Source: a virus
Virus record (IMG/VR): IMGVR_UViG_3300035675_000004
Span: 36,943-100,942 of that record
Length of the DNA: 64,000 nucleotides
Reading direction: 5' to 3' (one strand)
Under the pieces are notes generated by a model, which saw nothing but the letters and a program-made list of their open reading frames with translations, had not been told where the DNA came from and did no database searches. Made by a program: the position numbers and the translations under genes. Of the stretch, positions 57,007 through 64,000 are shown piece after piece (within the stretch, counting starts at the first letter, position 1; every line of letters begins with the position of its first letter).

Positions 57007-57904
57007 AAAATTCGTCTATACTCTCCAATACAAATTCTCCCATTTCGATTGTTGTCTTTGTTGTCGAGCTTCCCTGATGGCACGATAATGTAATGTATGG
57101 GTGGTTTACTAATACACCGTCTATATCTGGCTCATTTGGAAAAACATCGAGTGCTGCTCCACCGAGTTGCCCGTCCTCAATGGTATTGATTATGTCATAT
57201 ATATTTACAATATTTCCTCTTGACATATTGACCAAATATGCCCCTTTTTTCATTTTTCTGATAAATTTTTTATCCACAAAATCTGTATTGCCCTCACCGT
57301 TGATGTGAAGCGTGACAACATCTGATGTAAATAATACATCATCCAGCTCAGCATACCATTTTTCAGGAACGGCAAATTTTCTTTGGTCATATATCTTCAA
57401 CTTGGCGCCAAGTAAATACAATGTTTGTGCTACTTTCTTGCCGATATTACCATACCCGATAATACCTATAGTTGTCTCTGACAGTTGTTTTCCCTCGAGC
57501 TTTGCCCATATTTTCTTTTCTCTCAGGATATTTTCTGTAGTATTGATGCGTCTTAGAAGGGTCAATATGTGCCTGAGTGTGAGCTCGGCTACGGCTGTAG
57601 CATTCACTCCGCCGGGCGGAAGATATACTTCGATGTTTCTTTCTTTTAGAAGGGAAAAATCAAGGTTGTCCGTTCCTACTCCCATTTTAGATATGAACTT
57701 CAAGTTAGGTAACTTGTCGAGTAGGTGGATAAATCGAGCTGTTCCAACGACCATTACTTTGGCGTCGGCGCAAAAAGAAAGTATGTCATCGTCGGTTACG
57801 ACACTCTGACATACTTTCGAGTTTGGATATTTTTCAAGTAACTTTGTTACGAGATATTTATTTTTCGCAAATTGTGGTGAAATCACAGATATCATAATAC
57901 TCAT
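56981..57904 (-). CDS. D-isomer-specific 2-hydroxyacid (phosphoglycerate-like) dehydrogenase
   Basis: GVGTDN, AVAE, GYGNIG, VNMSRG, AALDVF..EP. Confidence 0.9.
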   Translation of the reverse strand: MSIMISVISPQFAKNKYLVTKLLEKYPNSKVCQSVVTDDDILSFCADAKVMVVGTARFIHLLDKLPNLKFISKMGVGTDNLDFSLLKERNIEVYLPPGGVNATAVAELTLRHILTLLRRINTTENILREKKIWAKLEGKQLSETTIGIIGYGNIGKKVAQTLYLLGAKLKIYDQRKFAVPEKWYAELDDVLFTSDVVTLHINGEGNTDFVDKKFIRKMKKGAYLVNMSRGNIVNIYDIINTIEDGQLGGAALDVFPNEPDIDGVLVNHPYITLSCHQGSSTTKTTIEMGEFVLESIDEFYEGYNNRK

Positions 57905-57934
57905 ACCTCCGTTGATATGAGTATTTATGTTTTG

Positions 57935-58066
57935 TTATTGTGTGTTTTCGTCCTCCTCAAGCTCTTTTATTCTTTTTATTTTCATATACTGGTTTATTTC
58001 TTCTTTTGTTCTTTTCTCTTTCTCTTTCTCTTTTTCACGAAGCCATTCTTTGTTGATTTTTGCCAT
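57935..58066 (-). CDS. Small charged protein, 43 aa (not in ORF track)
   Basis: MAKINKEWLREKEKEKEKR...; AGGAGG RBS. Confidence 0.55.
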   Translation of the reverse strand: MAKINKEWLREKEKEKEKRTKEEINQYMKIKRIKELEEDENTQ

Positions 58067-58077
58067 CGGCAAACCTC

Positions 58078-58491
58078 CTACTTCTGTATGTTTTTTGCCT
58101 CCTCAGCCGCATAGATAACAGCTATTGATATCCATATTTCTTCTGCCATTGAATGTTTTTTCGTTATATCGAGACATCTTGGCGGGCTATACTTATATGT
58201 GCTTCCCATATCTGTTTTTACAGTATCAAAACACAAGGATTTATTTGCTCCATAAGAAGATATAAATTTTATGTGTTCCTTGTTATCAGGATATTTTTTA
58301 TAGGTGACGCGGGCCCAGACCGTGCACCTACCCTGATCAATTTTAATAAAAGTTTCCGGGCTGACTTCAAATATACTATATGCACTCTCGCCCACTTTCA
58401 TCCACGATTTAGTAACACGATAATCGGCTGCTATAGCAGCTGAAGAAAAAAGAAATAACGAAACAAATAAAATAACCAACACTTTTCTCAT
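58078..58491 (-). CDS. Secreted/periplasmic hypothetical protein
   Basis: Sec signal peptide MRKVLVILFVSLFLFSSAAIA-A. Confidence 0.7.
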   Translation of the reverse strand: MRKVLVILFVSLFLFSSAAIAADYRVTKSWMKVGESAYSIFEVSPETFIKIDQGRCTVWARVTYKKYPDNKEHIKFISSYGANKSLCFDTVKTDMGSTYKYSPPRCLDITKKHSMAEEIWISIAVIYAAEEAKNIQK

Positions 58492-59015
58492 TTCACAATA
58501 CCCCTTTCATACTCTCTTATCACTAATTTTGATGATCTCAAAAGATATCCTGTAGCCTCATCATAATATGAGTGATTGGTCACTACTACTTCATTGATAC
58601 CAGCATTTATAATTTCTATCAAACATTCCTTACAGGGAACAGGAACATTGAGATACATTGTAGAACCTTTGACACAAATACCGTGTCTCGCCGCATTGAC
58701 AATTGCGTTTCGTTCCGCATGACCCGCAACACAGAGGCCCACCGCTTCACCCGATTTATAACCGAGCATCTTCCGTGGGCACACGATGTTTTCTTTGCCG
58801 TCTTTTTTCTGTTGCTCTGTGGTTTTATTAAAGATGGCCGGATCCATTACATACCTCCACTCGCAGGATGGTACACCTCGGGGCGGCCCGTTGTATCCGG
58901 TTGAGATAATAGATTTGTCTTTTACAATAACCGCCCCGATTTTTCTGGAAAGGCATTTAGAATTGTCCGCAACTGTATTAGAGACTTTATAAAAATATTC
59001 ATCCCATCTATACAT
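58488..59015 (-). CDS. dCMP deaminase
   Basis: STGYNG.PRG, HAERNAI, PCKEC. Confidence 0.92.
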   Translation of the reverse strand: MYRWDEYFYKVSNTVADNSKCLSRKIGAVIVKDKSIISTGYNGPPRGVPSCEWRYVMDPAIFNKTTEQQKKDGKENIVCPRKMLGYKSGEAVGLCVAGHAERNAIVNAARHGICVKGSTMYLNVPVPCKECLIEIINAGINEVVVTNHSYYDEATGYLLRSSKLVIREYERGIVK

Positions 59016-59042
59016 TATTTAACCCTCACACACTTTTCTTTT

Positions 59043-59072
59043 ATTATATCACATCTGTATAATGGTGTAAAC
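59043..59072 (-). promoter_or_regulatory. T4-early-consensus promoter
   Basis: GTTTACA, 17-nt spacer ending TGTGA, TATAAT on minus strand. Confidence 0.8.
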
Positions 59073-59224
59073 TATTTCTGTACTTCTGTCTTGTATTTTT
59101 CCTCAAGCTTTAGATACAGACCCTCAAGCTGGGTGAATTTTGCTTTGTTATTTTTCCATACGAAGAAACAAATAACTCCGCCGACGATAACGCCAAGAAC
59201 TAAACCTTCAATAAATCCTAACAT
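59072..59224 (-). CDS. Small single-pass membrane protein, 50 aa (not in ORF track)
   Basis: MLGFIEGLVLGVIVGGVICFFVWKNNK...; AGGAGGT RBS. Confidence 0.65.
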   Translation of the reverse strand: MLGFIEGLVLGVIVGGVICFFVWKNNKAKFTQLEGLYLKLEEKYKTEVQK

Positions 59225-59258
59225 AACAATTACCTCCTAATTTTAATTATACTACTAT

Positions 59259-59966
59259 TTATACATACATAACGGGCAATAAAGACTGTTGAAAAAAGAT
59301 ATTTTCCTTATACCCGACATATGTTTTTACATACCTTTTCGAGTAACCTCTGACAAAATCTATCATATTCACTGTGACATGCGGAGCATTCGGATCGTGA
59401 CCTTCGTGGTCTTTGTTCCACTGTGCATGGACTTCACCAAATTCAGGCCGTCCTGTCCAGAAATATCTTGAACTGGTATAATCAACACCAAAGAGTATCA
59501 ACCTTTTATATCTCATTCTACGGATAATATCGAATACGATTGACATTGACGATTGGCCCATATGATAGAGGACATTCGGGGTCTCATCAGGATAATCAGG
59601 ATCTTTCCTGACTACTTTCGTTTTGTCCAATACCTTGATAGTGTAGAAATACACTTCTGGATAGTCTGTCAGAACATCCATCAGATATGCCTTGTCATTA
59701 CGAATAATAAACCTGCACGGTCTTTTTTCATACTTGGGCCTCTTACCGTTGAATTGTCTGGCGACGATATCCTTGTTATAGGTCTTTACTTCAAGGTGAT
59801 AGAATTTTGGAACATACCAATGATACACCCAGTTATTCAGAGCAAAGGTATCAAATTGGTCTATCCTCTCCCACTGCTCCGGGGTGATATTGATGATGCT
59901 CTCGGCTGAGCCGAGATAAATTGCGGTGTCCGAACTTTTATACTGAAATACATCTGATAATAACAT
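59259..59966 (-). CDS. Second sialyltransferase/Maf-like protein
   Basis: AIYLGSAESI...TFALNNW...LILFGVDY...YFW. Confidence 0.65.
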   Translation of the reverse strand: MLLSDVFQYKSSDTAIYLGSAESIINITPEQWERIDQFDTFALNNWVYHWYVPKFYHLEVKTYNKDIVARQFNGKRPKYEKRPCRFIIRNDKAYLMDVLTDYPEVYFYTIKVLDKTKVVRKDPDYPDETPNVLYHMGQSSMSIVFDIIRRMRYKRLILFGVDYTSSRYFWTGRPEFGEVHAQWNKDHEGHDPNAPHVTVNMIDFVRGYSKRYVKTYVGYKENIFFQQSLLPVMYV

Positions 59967-59973
59967 AATAACC

Positions 59974-60846
59974 TCACTTACTGTTTCCGAAACAGTGATT
60001 ACAATATTTGGAATAAATACCGTTTCCTTTTACTGATCTTCTCAATTCATTTATATATTTACTCTCCCAGCACTTCTTATCAAAGGGTTCCGAGGGCGGC
60101 AGGCATCGTCGGCAACCAGTGAACAGACCGGCACCATTTATCCCTATGGACATTACAGGCGAATTACATTTGCGGTTCGGCTCGGTCTTTACTGGTATGG
60201 GCCATTTCCTGATTATCTTAGCGCCCGGAAGAGTTTTATATTGATTTATTTTCTCTATAATATATTTATCGGTGTCTCTGATTATTCCTGACAGGCAACT
60301 CTCATCATACGGCAGGTTGTTGACAACTACGCCGTAACTTATATTACATTCGTTACAAAGTGTAATAAACTGTGGAATATCATCTACATTATTTTTGAAA
60401 CATACATAGCTCATTGTAACCGGAAAGGACTTGAGGCTTACCAGTTTTCTTATACCTTCCAATACTGTCTGGAATGTATTCATCCCTGTTATTTCCTGAT
60501 ATTTTGTTTCTGGAAGGGCATTCACACTGATATTGACATACTCAAATTTTATACCTATCATCTCATCAAATCTGGCTGAGACGAGGCTTCCGTTTGTGAT
60601 GAGGCTTGTTCCCACTTTCCTGCTGATAAGATATCTGATATTATCAAAGACAACCTTACTACAGAGGGGCTCACCAAATCCTGCTACACAGGCACTCCGT
60701 ATGGTGGGAAATGTGTCAAGGACTTTGGAAAGAAGTTTTGTAGCCACATCAGGCACGGAGTCAAATGACCGATGTTCCCTGAGACAGTGTGAACAGTTAT
60801 AATTACACCGATTTGTTTGATATATATTTAAGTCAGTTGGTGTCAT
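59974..60846 (-). CDS. Radical SAM protein with SPASM-like C-terminus
   Basis: CNYNCSHC, GFGEPL, TNG, C...GC...C..C. Confidence 0.9.
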   Translation of the reverse strand: MTPTDLNIYQTNRCNYNCSHCLREHRSFDSVPDVATKLLSKVLDTFPTIRSACVAGFGEPLCSKVVFDNIRYLISRKVGTSLITNGSLVSARFDEMIGIKFEYVNISVNALPETKYQEITGMNTFQTVLEGIRKLVSLKSFPVTMSYVCFKNNVDDIPQFITLCNECNISYGVVVNNLPYDESCLSGIIRDTDKYIIEKINQYKTLPGAKIIRKWPIPVKTEPNRKCNSPVMSIGINGAGLFTGCRRCLPPSEPFDKKCWESKYINELRRSVKGNGIYSKYCNHCFGNSK

Positions 60847-61484
60847 TTTCTTTTCTTACCTATCGTCATAACCACTCTTTTATACATCCACGGCGCAGGA
60901 TTTTCTTTGATGCCCATTATTTTCATTCCCTTCTTTGATACCACGCCGGTATAATAAACTTTCAATACACTAAATCCATATCGTTCAGCGAGTTGTCTCA
61001 ATGTCTGGGCATCATACCACGCAACGTGGTCTTTGTTTATTTTTACTTCCCCGTCCAGAACCATCCTGTGAAACCACTTAGGACAAAGACAGTTTGGTGT
61101 TGTGATTACAATTTTTCCGTGATCTTCAATGGCATAATGAAGGCTTTTCATCATACCATCTACATTAGTAACGTGTTCTATCAATTCTGTGCAGATAATG
61201 GCTGTAAACCGGCCCTTTTCGGTATCTACTATCCGGGCCATATCTTTTGGATTGGTAATGTCTCCCACATATAATGTAGATTTAACACCGTTCTTCCTAC
61301 CCTTCTCTATTTCTTCGGTATTGATATCCATACCTACACTTCTGTTTGCTCTTGCAACATATTTCAGATGTGTCTCGAATGGAACATCATTGTATTCTGG
61401 ATTACCCACGCATCCAACATCCAATACGATCTGGTTGTCGCATAGATTTGCGATGAGCTCTGTCAGGTCTTTAATTATGTGCAT
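60843..61484 (-). CDS. Class I SAM-dependent methyltransferase
   Basis: VLDVGC, GMDI, ELIEHV, ITTPN. Confidence 0.88.
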   Translation of the reverse strand: MHIIKDLTELIANLCDNQIVLDVGCVGNPEYNDVPFETHLKYVARANRSVGMDINTEEIEKGRKNGVKSTLYVGDITNPKDMARIVDTEKGRFTAIICTELIEHVTNVDGMMKSLHYAIEDHGKIVITTPNCLCPKWFHRMVLDGEVKINKDHVAWYDAQTLRQLAERYGFSVLKVYYTGVVSKKGMKIMGIKENPAPWMYKRVVMTIGKKRK

Positions 61485-61514
61485 TAGTGTTCCTTGAATT
61501 GCTTAAATCACATA

Positions 61515-61522
61515 TATTTATA
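61515..61522 (-). promoter_or_regulatory. T4-type late promoter heading the minus-strand sugar cluster
   Basis: TATTTATA on + strand = TATAAATA on -. Confidence 0.75.
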
Positions 61523-61715
61523 CAAAGACATTATATAAAATCGAATCGAAAACATCATCCCACGCCTTTTTTCTTTTTTCTTCCTGTTCCGGTTCAGCAT
61601 CGGCCTCACGGGCGGCATAATAATCCCATACTGGATCGCCTAAATCCAAAGATGTTTGTTCAGGCACCACGATTTCTTCCTTTTTGGGCATACCTTCTAA
61701 AATATCTTCAAACAT
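61518..61715 (-). CDS. Small acidic hypothetical protein
   Basis: GGGGAG RBS; downstream of minus-strand late promoter. Confidence 0.6.
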   Translation of the reverse strand: MFEDILEGMPKKEEIVVPEQTSLDLGDPVWDYYAAREADAEPEQEEKRKKAWDDVFDSILYNVFV

Positions 61716-61747
61716 TGAAACTCCCCTCTCTTTCTCTTGTGTTTACC

Positions 61748-61767
61748 TTATATTTATATAAATATAA
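61748..61767. promoter_or_regulatory. Divergent overlapping late promoters forming a 20-bp palindrome
   Basis: TTATATTTATATAAATATAA; TATAAATA on - (61751-61758) and + (61757-61764). Confidence 0.8.
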
Positions 61768-61794
61768 AGAGAAACCTATATTATGGGGCGGCCA

Positions 61795-62055
61795 ATGCGA
61801 TTTGAACAATACTTGTTAAACGAAGGAATTTCCAGTATCATCGCTAATCTTCTTAGTAGATTTGCTGGAATGAAACCTGCCCAAGTGAAATACCATCTCA
61901 ATATAAGCTGGTATGATTTCGTTGATACAGTCAGAAAAAGAGGAAACGAGAGGGAAATGGTGGAATTTATCAACAAAACTTTTCATCAGAGTATCGAATC
62001 TCTGGACGATGTAAATCTACAGAAATTAAAACTGGCTATGGAACGGCACAAATGA
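61795..62055 (+). CDS. Putative internal head protein (leader MRFEQYLLNE)
   Basis: Leader motif; first gene after late promoter. Confidence 0.65.
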   Translation: MRFEQYLLNEGISSIIANLLSRFAGMKPAQVKYHLNISWYDFVDTVRKRGNEREMVEFINKTFHQSIESLDDVNLQKLKLAMERHK

Positions 62056-62504
62056 GATTTCTAAAATATCTTCAAGAAAAATACACTGGAATATACAAGT
62101 ATGCTGGGCATCATACCGAAGTATATGAAAATCCCTCACCGAATGAAATAAGAATGATGCCTAAAATATACAAAAGCTCTGATACATATCCAGATTGTTC
62201 TATCAGGTTTATTGCCTATGCCCCGAAGAAACAGATTTTTATCTGGGCTTCAGACGGTGGTATTCATATGGGCGTTTTCAAGTATCTCAAACAGAAAGGT
62301 GAACTTGGTGGTGCCCGGCACATAGCTGACACGGGCGTTTTCTCAGGATATGCTTCACAGGGCGGCAACAAGATGCAGTTTGAAAGAGGGTATGGTCTCG
62401 GCGCTGGAGAAATTGATATAAGAACGAGTGACTGGGCATACCTCAATAATTATTTCGGAAATATGGCAAGGGTAGCCGATTATATCGGGAGGCCAGACGA
62501 TTGA
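62052..62504 (+). CDS. Putative internal head protein (leader MRFLKYLQE); paralog of 63429
   Basis: EVYENPSPNEIR...SIRF.AYAP...GIH. Confidence 0.7.
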   Translation: MRFLKYLQEKYTGIYKYAGHHTEVYENPSPNEIRMMPKIYKSSDTYPDCSIRFIAYAPKKQIFIWASDGGIHMGVFKYLKQKGELGGARHIADTGVFSGYASQGGNKMQFERGYGLGAGEIDIRTSDWAYLNNYFGNMARVADYIGRPDD

Positions 62505-63427
62505 AATTTAAAAAATATATCTTAACCGAGGAAGCCGACAAATTTCTCAGGGCGATTGAAGAAAGCCCGCACAAAGATAGATTTATTGTCGGTGATATTC
62601 CGCCGGCTACGAAGGATGAAACCCACTATTATATCGGAACAGGTATGATGGGATCCAACTATACCTTGAGATATAATTGGCTTGAAGTATATCATTACAG
62701 GACAAGCCCCACTTCTTATAGTGTATCTTTAAGACCTCGCGATAACTATATTCTAAACTTGTCACCCAAGCCGGAAACAGCGATAGAGAAGGCTGTCGCC
62801 TACTTGAAACAAAACGAAAAAATCTACTACTCTCCATTTGAGCTTCACAAGAGAGCCGAAGCGAGAGACACAGATATCATCAAATTCGGAAAACATAGTG
62901 GCAAAAGTCTCTACGATATGGTCAAAGAAAATCCAAGATATGTAGCTTGGATGGCCATTGATACTTTTGAGGACAAGGGGTTTTTGAACAAACCAAAATA
63001 TAATGCCTTCAAAAATTTACTGTCTCAGGTAGCGAAGGATAAGGATGTTGCCCCTTTCATTGACGCTGAATTGGAAAAAAGAGAGAAAAAGGCGAGAGAT
63101 GCAGAAATAGAGAAAGAGCTGGCCAAAGACAGAATTGAAAAATTCAGGCCTATTGTTGATGTATTGAAACAGGTAAAGTATGAAAGCGACTTTATCAAAT
63201 CAATGGTAGATACATTGAAGGCCGGGGAAAACATCCAGAAACGATGGTCGCCAAAGGTATTCAGCATAGTGGCAGATGTATATGCGAAAACAAAATCCGA
63301 GGGAGCCAGAAGGGGCAGTAAAGACTATGAAGCTGCACGAAGCGAGTTTCTCGATATAGTGGAAAAGAGCGCCGAGGATGTTCCACAACACAGACCTGTT
63401 TGGCAGGGTTGGTGGAAAAGGTGGTAG
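62501..63427 (+). CDS. Putative internal head protein (leader MKFKKYILTE) with FGKH(S)G module
   Basis: TTG start; IIKFGKHSGKSLYDMVKENPRYVAW resembles ExoX C-terminal/DUF3820 module. Confidence 0.7.
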   Translation: MKFKKYILTEEADKFLRAIEESPHKDRFIVGDIPPATKDETHYYIGTGMMGSNYTLRYNWLEVYHYRTSPTSYSVSLRPRDNYILNLSPKPETAIEKAVAYLKQNEKIYYSPFELHKRAEARDTDIIKFGKHSGKSLYDMVKENPRYVAWMAIDTFEDKGFLNKPKYNAFKNLLSQVAKDKDVAPFIDAELEKREKKARDAEIEKELAKDRIEKFRPIVDVLKQVKYESDFIKSMVDTLKAGENIQKRWSPKVFSIVADVYAKTKSEGARRGSKDYEAARSEFLDIVEKSAEDVPQHRPVWQGWWKRW

Positions 63428-63428
63428 G

Positions 63429-63857
63429 ATGAGATTTAAAAAATATCTTGAAGAAAACTATATCGGAACATATAAGGGCTCAGTAAAATTTGGCGAAGTA
63501 TATGAAAATCCATCACCAAATGAAATAAGGTCTATGCCTTCCAAATCAAGGTTTTGGGATGATTCCATCAGATTTTTTGCCTATGCCCCAGAAAAGACGA
63601 TATACATTTGGGGTGCCGATGCTGGTATTCACGATACCGTCCTTGATTTTCTTCACACCAAAAGAAAACTCAGAACCGTCTATGATGTAGAGGGTGATGG
63701 TGTATTGGCCGGATACGCCGAGAAAACAGGGGATAAAATGTCATTCACAAAAGGGTATGGAGCGGCAAAAGGCATAGGAAACTACGAGTGGGATTGGTTA
63801 TCGAAGTATTTCAGAAATATGGAATATATCAGAGCAAGGATTGAGCAGTGGACATGA
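63429..63857 (+). CDS. Putative internal head protein (leader MRFKKYLEE); paralog of 62052
   Basis: EVYENPSPNEIR...SIRFFAYAP...GIH. Confidence 0.7.
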   Translation: MRFKKYLEENYIGTYKGSVKFGEVYENPSPNEIRSMPSKSRFWDDSIRFFAYAPEKTIYIWGADAGIHDTVLDFLHTKRKLRTVYDVEGDGVLAGYAEKTGDKMSFTKGYGAAKGIGNYEWDWLSKYFRNMEYIRARIEQWT

Positions 63858-64000
63858 AGTTAGAAAGATATCTTACAGAAGCCGTGTCTGTAGAGGATAT
63901 ATTTAAAATACTGGAAAAGGATTGTCTGCCTTTCATCAAGGAAGCTAGGGGCGGCCTGATATGGAGAGGATCTTCTAAAGGTTCGGCGCAACCAATAGAA
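63854..64000 (+). CDS. 5' part of putative internal head protein (leader MKLERYLTE), truncated
   Basis: ATGA overlap; frame open to window end. Confidence 0.6.
   Translation, partial: MKLERYLTEAVSVEDIFKILEKDCLPFIKEARGGLIWRGSSKGSAQPIE

Noticed and set aside
57917-58118. Hydrophobic plus-strand ORFs resembling membrane proteins
   Set aside because: Reverse complement of a Lys/Glu-rich minus-strand ORF that has a strong RBS.
1-64000. Stop-codon recoding as an explanation for the many short ORFs
   Set aside because: Core genes are full length in the standard code and end in TAA, TAG or TGA; the short ORFs have their own starts and change frame.
1-64000. tRNA genes, introns/inteins, homing endonucleases, CRISPR arrays, integrases or IS elements
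   Set aside because: None recognised; gaps are too short and gp17, gp23, gp46 and uvsX are uninterrupted. A covariance-model scan was not run.
63854-64000. LIWRGS as an ADP-ribosyltransferase motif
   Set aside because: The gene is truncated and a single short motif is insufficient.

Overview
The window is part of a large T4-like (contractile-tail) bacteriophage genome in the standard genetic code. 1-35.6 kb (+) is the morphogenesis region: gp22, gp23, gp16, gp17, gp13, gp14, gp15, gp3, gp18, three gp19-fold genes, gp26/gp51, tape measure, gp48, gp53, gp27, gp5, PAAR, gp25, gp6 and a gp7-like gene. 35.7-42.6 kb holds gp55, gp47, gp46 and uvsX. 43.8-61.5 kb is a large sugar-modification/methylation island. 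T4-type late promoters (TATAAATA) and sigma70/T4-early-type promoters (TTTAC(A/T)-17-TATAAT) are visible. Highlights: (1) a complete PrkA(YeaG)-YeaH-SpoVR(YcgB) bacterial stress module inserted between the small and large terminase genes; (2) about 20 otherwise unrelated ORFs sharing an N-terminal leader ending in (Y/F/I)L-x-E, resembling the T4 capsid-targeting sequence plus prohead-protease site, i.e. a candidate packaged/injected protein arsenal that includes a nucleotidyltransferase-ligase fusion; (3) a T TTT TTC slippery site joining gp26 to gp51 in the -1 frame just upstream of the tape measure gene; (4) a nonulosonate-type pathway (short NeuB, HAD phosphatase, CMP-transferase, two sialyltransferase-like proteins, radical SAM enzymes, methyltransferases) plus a beta-glucosyltransferase-like gene; (5) several small ORFs missed by the ORF track. 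All calls rest on motif recognition by eye; no searches were run.
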